Assembly (NCBI GenBank): GCA_040389905.1
Contig: JAZJZK010000008.1
Coordinates: 192,001-256,000, forward strand
Direction of reading: 5' to 3'
From: Gemmatimonadota bacterium
GTDB taxonomy: Bacteria; Gemmatimonadota; Gemmatimonadetes; Gemmatimonadales; Gemmatimonadaceae
DNA length: 64,000 nt
Shown here: positions 47,706 through 57,579 of the stretch, piece after piece
Position numbering within the stretch: position 1 is the first letter of the stretch
Layout of the letters: every line of letters starts with the position of its first letter
Position numbers and translations under genes: made by a program
Notes under the pieces: generated by a model
What the model was told of the DNA's origin: nothing
Databases searched by the model: none
The model's input: the letters and a program-made list of their open reading frames with translations, nothing else

Positions 47706-49777
47706 TGGGATTCGGCATGCTCGTACCGGCGTTCCTCGTCGGTCTCGCCGCGATCGTCGTGCCGGTCATTCTGCACCTGCGTCATCGCGACAAGGACAAG
47801 CCGCAGATCTTCCCGTCGTTGATGTTCCTCGAGCTGCTACCCATTCGCACCGCGGAACGACGGCGCATTACCGACTGGCCGCTCCTGCTGCTGCGCGCAC
47901 TCGCGCTCGCGTTGCTCGTGATGGCCTTCGCGCGCCCCGTATTCTCCCGCGGTGAGGCCGCCGAGCGCGCCAAGAGAGTGCGGGCCGTTGTGCTGATGGT
48001 CGATCGCTCGATGAGCATGTCGTACACCGGTGTGTGGGCGACGGCGATTGATTCCGCGAAGAAGGTCGTGTCCGGCCTCAGCGCCGCCGACAAGATTGCC
48101 GTCGTCTTCTTTGACGACGAGGCGGAGATCGCGCAGCCGTTCACCATCGATCGCCCCGCCGCACTCGCCGTGCTCGGCAAGGCCACGCCGTCGATGCGCG
48201 GAACGCGCTATGCCGCCGCGCTGCGTGCTGCACGCCAACTGGCGTCTCGCGCTGGTGACGCGGTCGCCGAGGTGGTCATCGTCACGGACCTGCAGCGCAG
48301 CGGCGTGTCCGGTGTCGCCGGACTCGATTTGCCCGAGGGGCTCAAGGTGCGCACCATCGCTGTTGGACCGAAGGATCACGCGAATGCCACGGTGTCATCG
48401 GTGGAGATTCACCGGCTCATCGAACCAACACGAACGATGCTCGCGGTGCAGGCGCGCGTGCTCTCGCGTGAGCGGACGCAACCGCGCTTGGCCCGCGTGA
48501 CACTGACGTTGAACGGTCGCCAGAGCGGGGCGCGCGACGTCTCGATTCCCCCCACTGGCGACATACCCGTCGCGTTCGATCCCGTCCTTCTTCCCGGCGG
48601 ACGCGTACGTGGCACGATCTCGGTCACGCACGACGCGCTCGCACCGGATGACTCGTTTCACTTTGCCTTCGCGTCGGACGACGCGGTTCGCCTGCTCCTG
48701 ATCGCGCCGGACGATGCGCAGAACGACGAGACCCTCTTCTTCGAGCGTGCGCTCGCGGTGGGACGCGCCCCGCTCGTGCGAATCGTCCGCGTTCGGCCCG
48801 GCCGGATCGATGACCGCACCCTCGAGGGTGCATCGATGGTGGTGCTCTGGGATGTGCCGAGTCCTACAGGTTCGTCGGCGACCGCGCTGACCGAGTGGGT
48901 TCGCCGAGGTGGCGGACTCGTGGTCGCACCAGGGCGGCGCAGTGAAGCACGCAGTAGTCCGTCGGCCCTCCGCCCGGCGGCGATTGTTGGAACCGTGGAC
49001 CGTCTCAATGATCGCGGTGGCTCGCTTGGGGACGTACGACTCGATCATCCCTTGTTCGGTGCATTCCGCGACGCGGCGACGGCGCTGACGTCGGCACGAT
49101 TCCTCCGCTATCCGCGGATGGAACCGGACAAGGGCGCAGAGGTGATCGCCCGCTTCGATGATGGAATGCCCGCAGTGATCGAGCGGCACGAGGGGGCGGG
49201 GAAAGTCATCGTCATCGGCGCGGCGTTGGACACGAGGATGGGGGATTTTCCGCTGCAGTCCGCCTATCTGCCTTTCCTCCAGAAGCTGATGCTGTACTCG
49301 TCGGGACGCGACGCGACGACGCTGTGGCGCTCCGCAGGGCAGAGCTGGCTTCTGCCGGCCTACCTCAAGGAGCCGGCGGTACTGACGCCCTCCGGGTCGA
49401 TCGTCCGCCCAGTTCGGGATTCCATCGGGGCCAGCGTCCCTCTCAGGGAAGCGGGCATTTATGCATTATATGAGGGGCGGGTCCAGGGGGAGCCGGTTGG
49501 CCTCGCCGCGGTCAACGCACCCGCCAACGAATCGGATTTGACCCAGGTCGATCCGCGAGAGCTGCTGCTTGGTGTCAAACAGAGTACGGTGACGGCGGGT
49601 AGTCAGGATGACGCCCCGACGCCAGTCGAGGTCGAAGGTAAGCAGAGGTTGTGGAGGATCTTGTTGTTCGCGGCAGGTCTGCTGTTGTTGCTGGAGACAT
49701 TCATCGGCAATCGCGGATGGCGCGGGACGGCCAGCCGACTCACGGTAAGCCAGGCAGAAGGGGGAAGAGGATCATGA
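47705..49777 (+). CDS. BatA N-terminal domain + VWA membrane protein
   Basis: PVILHL..FPSLMFL..LLLLRALAL..FARP; MIDAS DRSMSM; VTD; C-terminal TM. Confidence 0.9.
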   Translation: MGFGMLVPAFLVGLAAIVVPVILHLRHRDKDKPQIFPSLMFLELLPIRTAERRRITDWPLLLLRALALALLVMAFARPVFSRGEAAERAKRVRAVVLMVDRSMSMSYTGVWATAIDSAKKVVSGLSAADKIAVVFFDDEAEIAQPFTIDRPAALAVLGKATPSMRGTRYAAALRAARQLASRAGDAVAEVVIVTDLQRSGVSGVAGLDLPEGLKVRTIAVGPKDHANATVSSVEIHRLIEPTRTMLAVQARVLSRERTQPRLARVTLTLNGRQSGARDVSIPPTGDIPVAFDPVLLPGGRVRGTISVTHDALAPDDSFHFAFASDDAVRLLLIAPDDAQNDETLFFERALAVGRAPLVRIVRVRPGRIDDRTLEGASMVVLWDVPSPTGSSATALTEWVRRGGGLVVAPGRRSEARSSPSALRPAAIVGTVDRLNDRGGSLGDVRLDHPLFGAFRDAATALTSARFLRYPRMEPDKGAEVIARFDDGMPAVIERHEGAGKVIVIGAALDTRMGDFPLQSAYLPFLQKLMLYSSGRDATTLWRSAGQSWLLPAYLKEPAVLTPSGSIVRPVRDSIGASVPLREAGIYALYEGRVQGEPVGLAAVNAPANESDLTQVDPRELLLGVKQSTVTAGSQDDAPTPVEVEGKQRLWRILLFAAGLLLLLETFIGNRGWRGTASRLTVSQAEGGRGS

Positions 49778-52700
49778 CGTCAGCCAATCAGCTGCTCGCA
49801 ACGCTCGCGGTACTCCGGCGCCAGTGGCGCCAACGCGTCTTCCTCGAATCGGCGGTCTGGATCGCGATCGCTGCGCTCCTCGCCGTCATTGCCGCGCTCC
49901 TCATCACATCGGTGTTCGGCGCATCGTCGACGAACGTCATCATCGCGCGGGGGGTGGGCTACTTCCTCATCGCCGCGGCGATCGTGCGCTTCCTCGTGGT
50001 TCCGCTGATGCGAAAGGCGAGCGACGAGCGATTCGCGCTCTACGTCGAAGAGCGCGCCCCGGAACTCAAGCAGGCACTGCTCTCGGCGGTCCATGAGCTT
50101 CGGGCACCGGAAGCAGAACGCGCATCGCCGTCGCTCACCGCGCGCCTCGTGGAGCGCACGCTGGCCAAGGTTCGCCCGCTGCAAGAAGGCGCGAAGCTCG
50201 AGCGCCCCCGCATGGTCCGCGCGATGCAGTCGCTCGGTGCTGTGGCAGTCGTTGCGTTAGTCATGTTCCTGGCTGGTCCGGCGAAATTGCGTGAAGCGGG
50301 CAAGATGATCTTCGCGCCGTGGGGAGTCGCGGAAGCCGCAACGCCAGTGATGGCGGTGAGCGTGAAGCCCGGCAACGCCGTCATCCCGCGCGGTGCTGCG
50401 GTCGACATTCGCGCGGCGCTCGAAGGGTTTGCCGCGGACGGCGCGGAGCTCGTCTTCCGCGCGGACTCTGCGGCGGAGTGGGTGCGCATTCCGATGTCGC
50501 GCGATTCCGTGACGAGTACCTTCACGTCTCGCGTATTCGATCTGACCCGTCCGACGGACTACTACGTCGACGCGAACGGCATTCGCTCGCCGACGTTCCA
50601 CCTCGGAATCTCCGACCTTCCGGCGACGAAGAAGCTCGCGATCGACCTGCGCTATCCCGCGTACACGCAACTGCCCACCGATCATTTCGCCGATGGCGGT
50701 GACATCGCGGCGGTCGTGGGCACGACGGCAGTGATTCATGCGACGATCACCAAGTCGGTACAGGGCGGTGTGCTTGCCTTCTCCGATGGAACGACCGTTC
50801 CCTTCGACATCGGTAAGGACGGCAAGCTGAACGCGGCGTTCAAGGTGAAGACGACGGGCTACTATCGCATCGACCTCGTTGCCGAAGATGGCGCGAAGGT
50901 TCCTGGGTCCGTGCAGTACGCAGTCGAGGCGCTGCCCGATCACCCACCGACGGTGTTCATCGACAAGCCGGGCCGCGACACGAAGGTGACGAACATCGAG
51001 GAAGTCACGGTCGCCCTGCGCGCGTCCGACGACTACGGTGTCGAGTCGCTCGAGATGTTCTATCGCATCAACGGCGGCGCCGAGAAGAGAGTCGTGCTCA
51101 CGGACAGCGCGGGGACGCACTCGAAAGAGCCGCGGGCGGCACACACGCTGTTCCTCGAGGAAGAGAAGCTCGTGCCGGGCGACCTCATTGCGTATCACGG
51201 CGTCGCAAAAGATGGCGCAGGCAACAAGGGTGTGAGCGACGTCTACTTCCTCGAAGTGCGTCCGTTCGGGAAGAATTACAAGCAGGCGGAACAGCAGGGT
51301 GGTGGTGGCGGCGGTGGCGGTGGTGGTGGCGGTGACTCGCCCGACGGATTCGTCGCCCGCCAGCGTGAAGTCGTTGCCGGCACATTCAATTGGGTGCGCG
51401 ACAGCGCAGTGACAACGGCACGCAAGCGTCGCGAAGACATCGCCACGCTGAACATCGCGGAAGGCAAGATTCGCGAGGAAGTCGCGGTGCTCGCAACCCG
51501 AATCATCGAGCGGGGCGCGGCGAGCGCGGACACGACGTTCAAGTTGATCGCCGCCGAACTGCAGGCAGCCGCCAAGCCATTGTTGTCGGCAGAGGAGCAG
51601 CTCGTGAAGGCGAAGGGTACTCTCGCGCTGCCGCCGGAGCAGGAGGCGCTCCAGCACCTTCAACGTGCGCAGGCGCTGTATCGCGATGTGCAGGTGCAGA
51701 TCGGCCAGCAGCAGCAGGGCGGCGGAGGCGGCGGTGGTGGCCAGCAGCCAAGGGCTGAGGACCTTGCCGACCTGTTCGAACTGCAGAACGACAAGCTGAA
51801 GAACCAGTACGAGGCGATGGCGCAGGAAAAGGAACAGCAGCCGCAGGCTGAGCGCGAAGTGGACGCGACGCTCGAGCGGCTGAAGCAGTTGGCGGCGCGG
51901 CAGCAGCAAGAGAACGAGCGCATCCAGCGCATGGCGGAAGCGATGCGCGAGAAACTCGGCAAGGAGCAGAGCGGTGGTGGCGCCGGTGGCGGTGGCTCGC
52001 AGCGCGAGCTTGCCAAGCAGGTGGAGGAGGAGGCACGTCGTCTCGAACGTCTCGCGCGCGAGCAACAGAACAAGGACCTGGCGCAAGCAGCGCAGTCGCT
52101 TCAGCAGGCGGCGGACGCGATGAAGAAGGCAGCGACCGGAGCGCCGGCACAGGGCAACCAGGCACTGGACCAGCTCAAGAACGCAGCATCTGGCCTGGAA
52201 GGCTCTCGCTCTGCGAAAGTTGGCGAGGGTGTGAAGAAGCTCGCGGATCAGGCGCAGGAGCTGAAGGACCGGCAGACCCAGATTGCGCAGGACGTGAAGA
52301 AGATGGGCGCCACCTCGCCGGACCAGCGCGGCGACCAATTCCAGAAGTTGAGCGCGGACAAGGACCAGCTATCGAAGGACGTGGCCAAGCTTGAAGCGGA
52401 CGCGGATCGCGTCGCGCGCGAGGCTCGGCGCGAGCAGCCGGCGGCGGCAGGAAAGATCGCGCAAGGGTCCGAAGCGATTCGCGATCAGCGCATCAAGGAC
52501 AAGATCGCGTTCTCGAAGAACATCATTCGCAGCGGGTCGAGCGACTACGCGAATTCGTTCGAGCAGCAGATTGGCGATAACCTTGGCGACGTCGCGGACA
52601 AGATGCGTGAAGCGGCGAACGCTGTTGGCAATGGCACAGGTGCGGGCAAGCAGCAGCAGTCGCTCGAGCGCGCTCGCGAGTTGGTACGCGAGCTTCAGTC

Positions 52701-53595
52701 GCTCAAGGAGCGGACGGGCGATCGCGTTGCGCAGAACCAGCAAGGCAAGAATGGCCAGAACGGCCAGCAAGCCCAGAACGGCCAGCAAGCCCAGAACGGC
52801 CAGCAAGGGCAGCAAGGGCAGCAAGGGCAGCAAGGCCAGAACGGTCAGCAGGGGCGTCAGGGTCAGCAAGGCCAGCAAGGCCAGCACGGACAACAAGGCC
52901 AGCAGGGGCAACAGGGCCAAGGCCAGCAGGGGAAGCAAGGCCAACAGGGTCAAGGTCAGGGCCAGCAGGGACAGCAAGGCCAACAGGGCCAAGGCCAGGG
53001 TCAAGGCCAGCAAGGACAACAGGGCCAAGGTCAGGGCCAAGGACAACAAGGCCAAGGGCAGGGCCAAGGCCAACAAGGACAACAGGGTCAGGGCGGCCAG
53101 CAAGGACAACAGGGCCAAGGTCAGGGCCAGCAGCGAAACGGCCAGCAGCAGGGTGGTGGCGGTTCGCAGGTTGGGAACACGTCGCGCACCGGTCCATCAC
53201 GCGGTGGCAACTGGGACGGCGGCCCCGTCAATGGCCTCACACCGAATGACGCGCGCCAGTTCGGTCGTGAATTCGGCCTGCGGCGCGAGAACGCAGAACA
53301 ACTGCGCGACGACCTCAAGCGGCAGGGGATGGACGTCTCCGATCTCGACAAGGCGATCGACGACCTGAAGCGGCTCGAGCAGGGCCGGGAGTTCGGCGAC
53401 GCGCAGGCACTGGAGGCGCTGCAAGGCTCGATGATCGAGAAGATCAAGAACTTCGAATTCTCGCTCTATCGTAAACTCGGACTCGGCAACGACAAGAGCC
53501 CGACGCTCGGCTCACGCGCGCCGGTTCCGGAAGAGTACCGCGCGGCGGTCGAGGAGTACTATCGCTCGCTCGCTGGGGCCAAGGCGAAGCCGTAA
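49774..53595 (+). CDS. Large membrane-anchored DUF4175-like coiled-coil protein with Gln/Gly-rich tract
   Basis: TM helices, YPAYT, ASDDYG, long coiled coil, GQQ repeats, C-terminal VPEEYRAAVEEYYRSL; ATGA overlap. Confidence 0.85.
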   Translation: MTSANQLLATLAVLRRQWRQRVFLESAVWIAIAALLAVIAALLITSVFGASSTNVIIARGVGYFLIAAAIVRFLVVPLMRKASDERFALYVEERAPELKQALLSAVHELRAPEAERASPSLTARLVERTLAKVRPLQEGAKLERPRMVRAMQSLGAVAVVALVMFLAGPAKLREAGKMIFAPWGVAEAATPVMAVSVKPGNAVIPRGAAVDIRAALEGFAADGAELVFRADSAAEWVRIPMSRDSVTSTFTSRVFDLTRPTDYYVDANGIRSPTFHLGISDLPATKKLAIDLRYPAYTQLPTDHFADGGDIAAVVGTTAVIHATITKSVQGGVLAFSDGTTVPFDIGKDGKLNAAFKVKTTGYYRIDLVAEDGAKVPGSVQYAVEALPDHPPTVFIDKPGRDTKVTNIEEVTVALRASDDYGVESLEMFYRINGGAEKRVVLTDSAGTHSKEPRAAHTLFLEEEKLVPGDLIAYHGVAKDGAGNKGVSDVYFLEVRPFGKNYKQAEQQGGGGGGGGGGGGDSPDGFVARQREVVAGTFNWVRDSAVTTARKRREDIATLNIAEGKIREEVAVLATRIIERGAASADTTFKLIAAELQAAAKPLLSAEEQLVKAKGTLALPPEQEALQHLQRAQALYRDVQVQIGQQQQGGGGGGGGQQPRAEDLADLFELQNDKLKNQYEAMAQEKEQQPQAEREVDATLERLKQLAARQQQENERIQRMAEAMREKLGKEQSGGGAGGGGSQRELAKQVEEEARRLERLAREQQNKDLAQAAQSLQQAADAMKKAATGAPAQGNQALDQLKNAASGLEGSRSAKVGEGVKKLADQAQELKDRQTQIAQDVKKMGATSPDQRGDQFQKLSADKDQLSKDVAKLEADADRVAREARREQPAAAGKIAQGSEAIRDQRIKDKIAFSKNIIRSGSSDYANSFEQQIGDNLGDVADKMREAANAVGNGTGAGKQQQSLERARELVRELQSLKERTGDRVAQNQQGKNGQNGQQAQNGQQAQNGQQGQQGQQGQQGQNGQQGRQGQQGQQGQHGQQGQQGQQGQGQQGKQGQQGQGQGQQGQQGQQGQGQGQGQQGQQGQGQGQGQQGQGQGQGQQGQQGQGGQQGQQGQGQGQQRNGQQQGGGGSQVGNTSRTGPSRGGNWDGGPVNGLTPNDARQFGREFGLRRENAEQLRDDLKRQGMDVSDLDKAIDDLKRLEQGREFGDAQALEALQGSMIEKIKNFEFSLYRKLGLGNDKSPTLGSRAPVPEEYRAAVEEYYRSLAGAKAKP
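52735..53160 (+). repeat. Coding Gln/Gly low-complexity repeat (GQQ/GQGQ)
   Basis: About 140 codons almost entirely Q and G with mixed synonymous codons. Confidence 0.9.
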
Positions 53596-53596
53596 C

Positions 53597-53674
53597 TGTC
53601 ACCCGAGCGAGCGTAGCTTTGTCGAAGGGTCTGCACCTATGAGGTGCAGGCCCTTCGCTACGCTCAGGGCGACA
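53597..53674. repeat. Chimeric REP element (A-like left arm, B right arm)
   Basis: TGTCACCCGAGCGAGCG..GGGTCTGCACCT ATG AGGTGCAGGCCCTTCGCTACGCTCAGGGCGACA. Confidence 0.75.
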
Positions 53675-53702
53675 AAACGAGCGAAACAACACAACTGCCA
53701 TT

Positions 53703-53778
53703 ACCACAGAGGACACAGAGGACACGGAGAACTGAATTGCTCATGTAGTCCTCTGTGTCCTCTGTGTCCTCTGTGGTT
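53703..53778. repeat. Family C hairpin element between convergent genes
   Basis: ACCACAGAGGACACAGAGGAC / GTCCTCTGTGTCCTCTGTGGT. Confidence 0.85.
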
Positions 53779-53792
53779 AAGTGCTTTTGCTG

Positions 53793-56651
53793 TTACCGGC
53801 TCTGCAAATTCGCCCGCATCTTCCCATCGGAGTCGAGCCGCGAGAGCGCAGACTTCGACTCATCCACGGCATTACGCAGGAGCGGCGACTCCGTGTTCCG
53901 CCACGCGGCGACGACGTATGCATACGCATCCACCGCCCGCTCCCGTTCGCCGAGCTTCTCGGCAATGCGCCCACGCTCGAGCTGGCGCGCCACATAAAGC
54001 AGGTCGCTCGTCGACGTCATGCGCTCCAGCAACGCCAGCGCACGCGCGGGCTCCTTACGTGCCACAAGTCGTGCCCGGATGAACTGCTCGACGCCGAGCG
54101 AAATCACCGAGTCGGAAAAGGCGTCGAATAGCGGTGTTGCCGCTGCCGAATCGCCGCGGGCCAACACACCATACGCATTCGCCGCGGCGATGAAGTAAGA
54201 CAACACCGCGCGACGTTGCGAACTCGTATCGCCCTTCAGTCGCGCCTCGGCGCCCGCTTTGAGTTTGGCCAGCGTAACCGTGTCGCGCGCGGCGCCAAGC
54301 GCCGGAAGCATGAAAAGCGACGCATCATTCTGGAGCTTGAGCCACGACGACATGATCGCCGCGGCACTGTCCGCCGGCACGAGGCCGAGCGCGGCAATCT
54401 CTGCCGCGCTGTAGCTGTGGTTCTCCACCGCGAACTGCCACGCTTCGGAGATGTGCCCACGAAACGCCAACTCGTCCGCCAGGAGATACTTGAATTGGGC
54501 GTTCCGCGGCGCGGGGATGCGCTTGACCGCCGCGCGCAACACATCCGCGATCACTTCGCTGCTGTCCGGATTCCTTCGGAGCGCGGCGAGGGCATTCCCG
54601 GCGAATGACGGGTTGATGGTGTCGAGGATGGCGCGCAGCGAAGCGCCGGTGAGCTCGCCGTCACCCATGCGTATCGCGAGCGTGAGCGCGCTCTGCTGCA
54701 GTCCCGGCTGACTTCTCGCCAGGAATGCCGTCGCGTACCGTCGGCCGATCTGGGCTCCGTTGCGATAGGCGAGCTCGATCGCGTGAATGTACGCTGGCGC
54801 GAAATCCGAGTCCGCGCGGATGGCGTTGTCGAAGAGGCCGAGCGCTTCACGCTCCGAGATGGTGCGGTCGTTGTGAAAGCGCATGTCGGCCAGCAGATAC
54901 CAGGCGGCCGCGTCGTCGGGATAGCGACTCGTCACCTCAGCGGCTGCCGCGTACGCGGCCCGCATCTCCGAATACCGGTTAGGTCCCCTCTTGTTTGCGA
55001 TGGCGAAATGACGCACGGAGACGAGTGTCAGACTGTCGTGCGGCGACAATCCAGCGCGCAGCTGCTCGCCAGCCTTCGTGAATGCCTGCCATTGACGATC
55101 GACGTCATCGCCACCCGTCCAACCGTAAGCCTCTCCGAGCATCGCGTAGGCGATACCGAATGTGGAGTCGATGCTGACGGCCTCCCGCAACGACATCGCC
55201 GCGGAGTCCCATTGCGAACGACGGAAGTACTGGGCGCCATGCAGGAACGCACGAACGGCCGGCAACGAGTTCGAGCCAAGCGACGCGAGCTTCGCTGCGC
55301 CGATCGTACGGAGCCGTCCAATCGCTGCGAGTGACCGGAAGCTCAACGAATCGGCCACACGGTCCATACGCGAAACGGAATCACGCACCTCGATCTCGAC
55401 CGGCGGAGAATCCTTCTCCGTATCCACGATCCAGAGCTTCGCGTTGACAAGATCTTTTCCGGCCGACTGGAGCTGCCCGTAGAACACGATCTGCGCGCCG
55501 ACCTTCTTTCCAAACGCGACGGCGGCCGCCCGCTCCGCGTGACCGCCCCATTGCTTGATCGTGGCGCCGGGCGAAAGCGCGCGGATCGGGCCCGCGCCAT
55601 CGAGATTGCGCGAGAGCACGTCGACGATGCCTTCTTTCCAGAGCGTCAGCTGCGGATCGAGCACTTCGAATGGCGCGATCGCGAGGTTGATCGTGCCATT
55701 CGACACCGTCGGTTTTCCCATGCGTTTCGACGCAAAGAGCGCCGCGGCGATCGCAATCGTCGTCACGCCGGCGGCGATCCACGTCGTTCCCCTCGACCGA
55801 AGGGTCGCACGCCCGATGGGAGCCGGCGTCTCCCCCGTTTCCATCGGCGCCGCCAGTTCGGACGCAGATTGCGGGCGCTTCGCCGGCTCCTTCTCCAGAC
55901 AGCGCATGACGAGCGATGCCAGCGCGCGGGGAGTATCCGGACGGTGCTGAGTCACCGGCACCGGCTGCTCCATCACCTGCGCCGCCAGCAACTGTTGCGG
56001 CGACTTCCCGGCGAACGGTGCTTTCCCCGCGAGCATCTCGTACATCACGCCGCCGAGCGAGTAGATGTCCGCGCGATGATCAGTATCGGGATCACCGGCG
56101 ACCTGCTCCGGTGCCATGTACGCCGGCGTGCCGAGTGACATGCCGAGCGTCGTCAACGCGCCGTCGCTGGTCTGCTGGCGTGCGGACGACAGGGCTTTGG
56201 CGATGCCGAAGTCTGCGACGGTCGCGGCGCCATGCGACAGCAGGATGTTGTCCGGCTTGATGTCGCGATGCACCACGCCTTCTTCGTGCGCATACGCCAG
56301 CGCCTTCGCGACGTCTCCGATGATGTCGATCGTGTCGGAGATGGAGAGCGGCCCGCTTTCGAGCCTCGCGCGCAACGTATCGCCCTTGACGAAGGGCATG
56401 ACGTAGTAGGGCAGGCCGGCGACTTCCCCCGCGGTGAGGACCGGCACGATGTGCGGATGCTGCAGCCGCGCCGAGAGCAGCACTTCACGCTTGAAACGCT
56501 CGGCGTTGACGCCGGCTGCCAGCTCTGGGTGCAGCACCTTGATCACGACGGCGCGATGCAGCGCAATGTCGTCCGCGAGGAAGACGCGCGACATGCCGCC
56601 CCCGCCGAGCTCCCGCACGATGGTATACGTGCCGCTCAGGGCGTCTTGCAA
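53793..56651 (-). CDS. Hanks-type Ser/Thr kinase with TM, TolB-like and TPR domains
   Basis: LGGGGMSRV, VIKVL, HRDIKPDN, DFGIAK, GTPAYMAPEQ; start may be CTG at 56675. Confidence 0.93.
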   Translation of the reverse strand: MQDALSGTYTIVRELGGGGMSRVFLADDIALHRAVVIKVLHPELAAGVNAERFKREVLLSARLQHPHIVPVLTAGEVAGLPYYVMPFVKGDTLRARLESGPLSISDTIDIIGDVAKALAYAHEEGVVHRDIKPDNILLSHGAATVADFGIAKALSSARQQTSDGALTTLGMSLGTPAYMAPEQVAGDPDTDHRADIYSLGGVMYEMLAGKAPFAGKSPQQLLAAQVMEQPVPVTQHRPDTPRALASLVMRCLEKEPAKRPQSASELAAPMETGETPAPIGRATLRSRGTTWIAAGVTTIAIAAALFASKRMGKPTVSNGTINLAIAPFEVLDPQLTLWKEGIVDVLSRNLDGAGPIRALSPGATIKQWGGHAERAAAVAFGKKVGAQIVFYGQLQSAGKDLVNAKLWIVDTEKDSPPVEIEVRDSVSRMDRVADSLSFRSLAAIGRLRTIGAAKLASLGSNSLPAVRAFLHGAQYFRRSQWDSAAMSLREAVSIDSTFGIAYAMLGEAYGWTGGDDVDRQWQAFTKAGEQLRAGLSPHDSLTLVSVRHFAIANKRGPNRYSEMRAAYAAAAEVTSRYPDDAAAWYLLADMRFHNDRTISEREALGLFDNAIRADSDFAPAYIHAIELAYRNGAQIGRRYATAFLARSQPGLQQSALTLAIRMGDGELTGASLRAILDTINPSFAGNALAALRRNPDSSEVIADVLRAAVKRIPAPRNAQFKYLLADELAFRGHISEAWQFAVENHSYSAAEIAALGLVPADSAAAIMSSWLKLQNDASLFMLPALGAARDTVTLAKLKAGAEARLKGDTSSQRRAVLSYFIAAANAYGVLARGDSAAATPLFDAFSDSVISLGVEQFIRARLVARKEPARALALLERMTSTSDLLYVARQLERGRIAEKLGERERAVDAYAYVVAAWRNTESPLLRNAVDESKSALSRLDSDGKMRANLQSR

Positions 56652-56856
56652 CTGCGCGAGAAGATCAGTGTCCAGAGGGCCCTCGGGACTTGGCGTAAAC
56701 AGGCGATTGAGCGCTGACCAAGATAGGCGCGCGGGAGGCGCTTCGACAGATTTTGCGAGTCTCGATCTCTGGGGATATTGCGCGTCGGGTCAACTGCGTA
56801 CAAGATTGTATCCCGACCGTTCGGGAGCCAGCACTCAATCCTCGAGGTGCTTCGCA

Positions 56857-57315
56857 ATGAAGATCAGCCTGTTGGCGTGCGCTGCGGTTGTCGCGCTGGC
56901 TGGATGTGGCGGCGCCGACCCGATTACGGTCGATGCAGCGGCCGCCGTTGCGGCGAGTGGAGACTACTTCCTCCAAACCGTCGATGGCAAAGCGTTGCCG
57001 TTCGTCTATCAGGAGGGGCCGGCTGACAAGAGTGAAACCCTCCAGAACGAGCTGTTCATCGAGAAGACCCTGACGTTCACGAGCACGCAGGTCAACCGAA
57101 TTACCCAGAGCGGCACGTCAAAAACCATCTCCGCGCTGGCGACGGGCTACGTTTCCGTTTCCGGTACCACGCTGACCTTCAAAAGCTCGGATGGCTCGAC
57201 GTCCACAGGGACGCTCAATGGCAACTGGTTGACGCACAACACAGGCACCCACACGATGATGTATTGGAAGATTTCCCTGTGCAACGTGGCGACTGGGTCG
57301 TTCGGACCCTGCTGA
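56857..57315 (+). CDS. Lipoprotein, lipocalin-like beta-barrel
   Basis: Lipobox LAGC; GDYFLQTVDGKALP; beta-rich; C-terminal Cys pair. Confidence 0.75.
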   Translation: MKISLLACAAVVALAGCGGADPITVDAAAAVAASGDYFLQTVDGKALPFVYQEGPADKSETLQNELFIEKTLTFTSTQVNRITQSGTSKTISALATGYVSVSGTTLTFKSSDGSTSTGTLNGNWLTHNTGTHTMMYWKISLCNVATGSFGPC

Positions 57316-57579
57316 GTTGAGCATGCGAGGTCACTCGTCTTCGAATCGACGCAGATCGACAGGACTACTCAGAGTGGCGATATTACGGTGGATACTACGC
57401 TTGCATCGGGATTCATCACGCCTACCGGCCCGTCAATGACGCTCAAGACGACGAATGGGGGGGAGTCGACAGCGACAATCGACGGCAGCTGGCTGACGCA
57501 CGTCACGGCGCTACACACGATGCGGTACTGGAAGTACAGCGCCTGCACCGTCGCGAACGGCACCTATACACCATGTTGA
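57316..57579 (+). pseudogene. N-terminally truncated paralog of the upstream lipoprotein
   Basis: SLVFESTQIDRTTQSG..WLTH..HTMRYWK..C..PC aligns with the C-terminal half of 56857-57315; no signal peptide. Confidence 0.6.

Noticed and set aside
50257..53118. Long antisense ORFs (693 aa; Leu-rich 249 aa)
   Set aside because: Shadows of the coiled-coil and Gln/Gly gene in GC-rich DNA
57313..57360. Selenocysteine recoding at TGC-TGA
   Set aside because: The paralogous half also ends PC-TGA, so this is the natural stop; no convincing SECIS hairpin seen by eye
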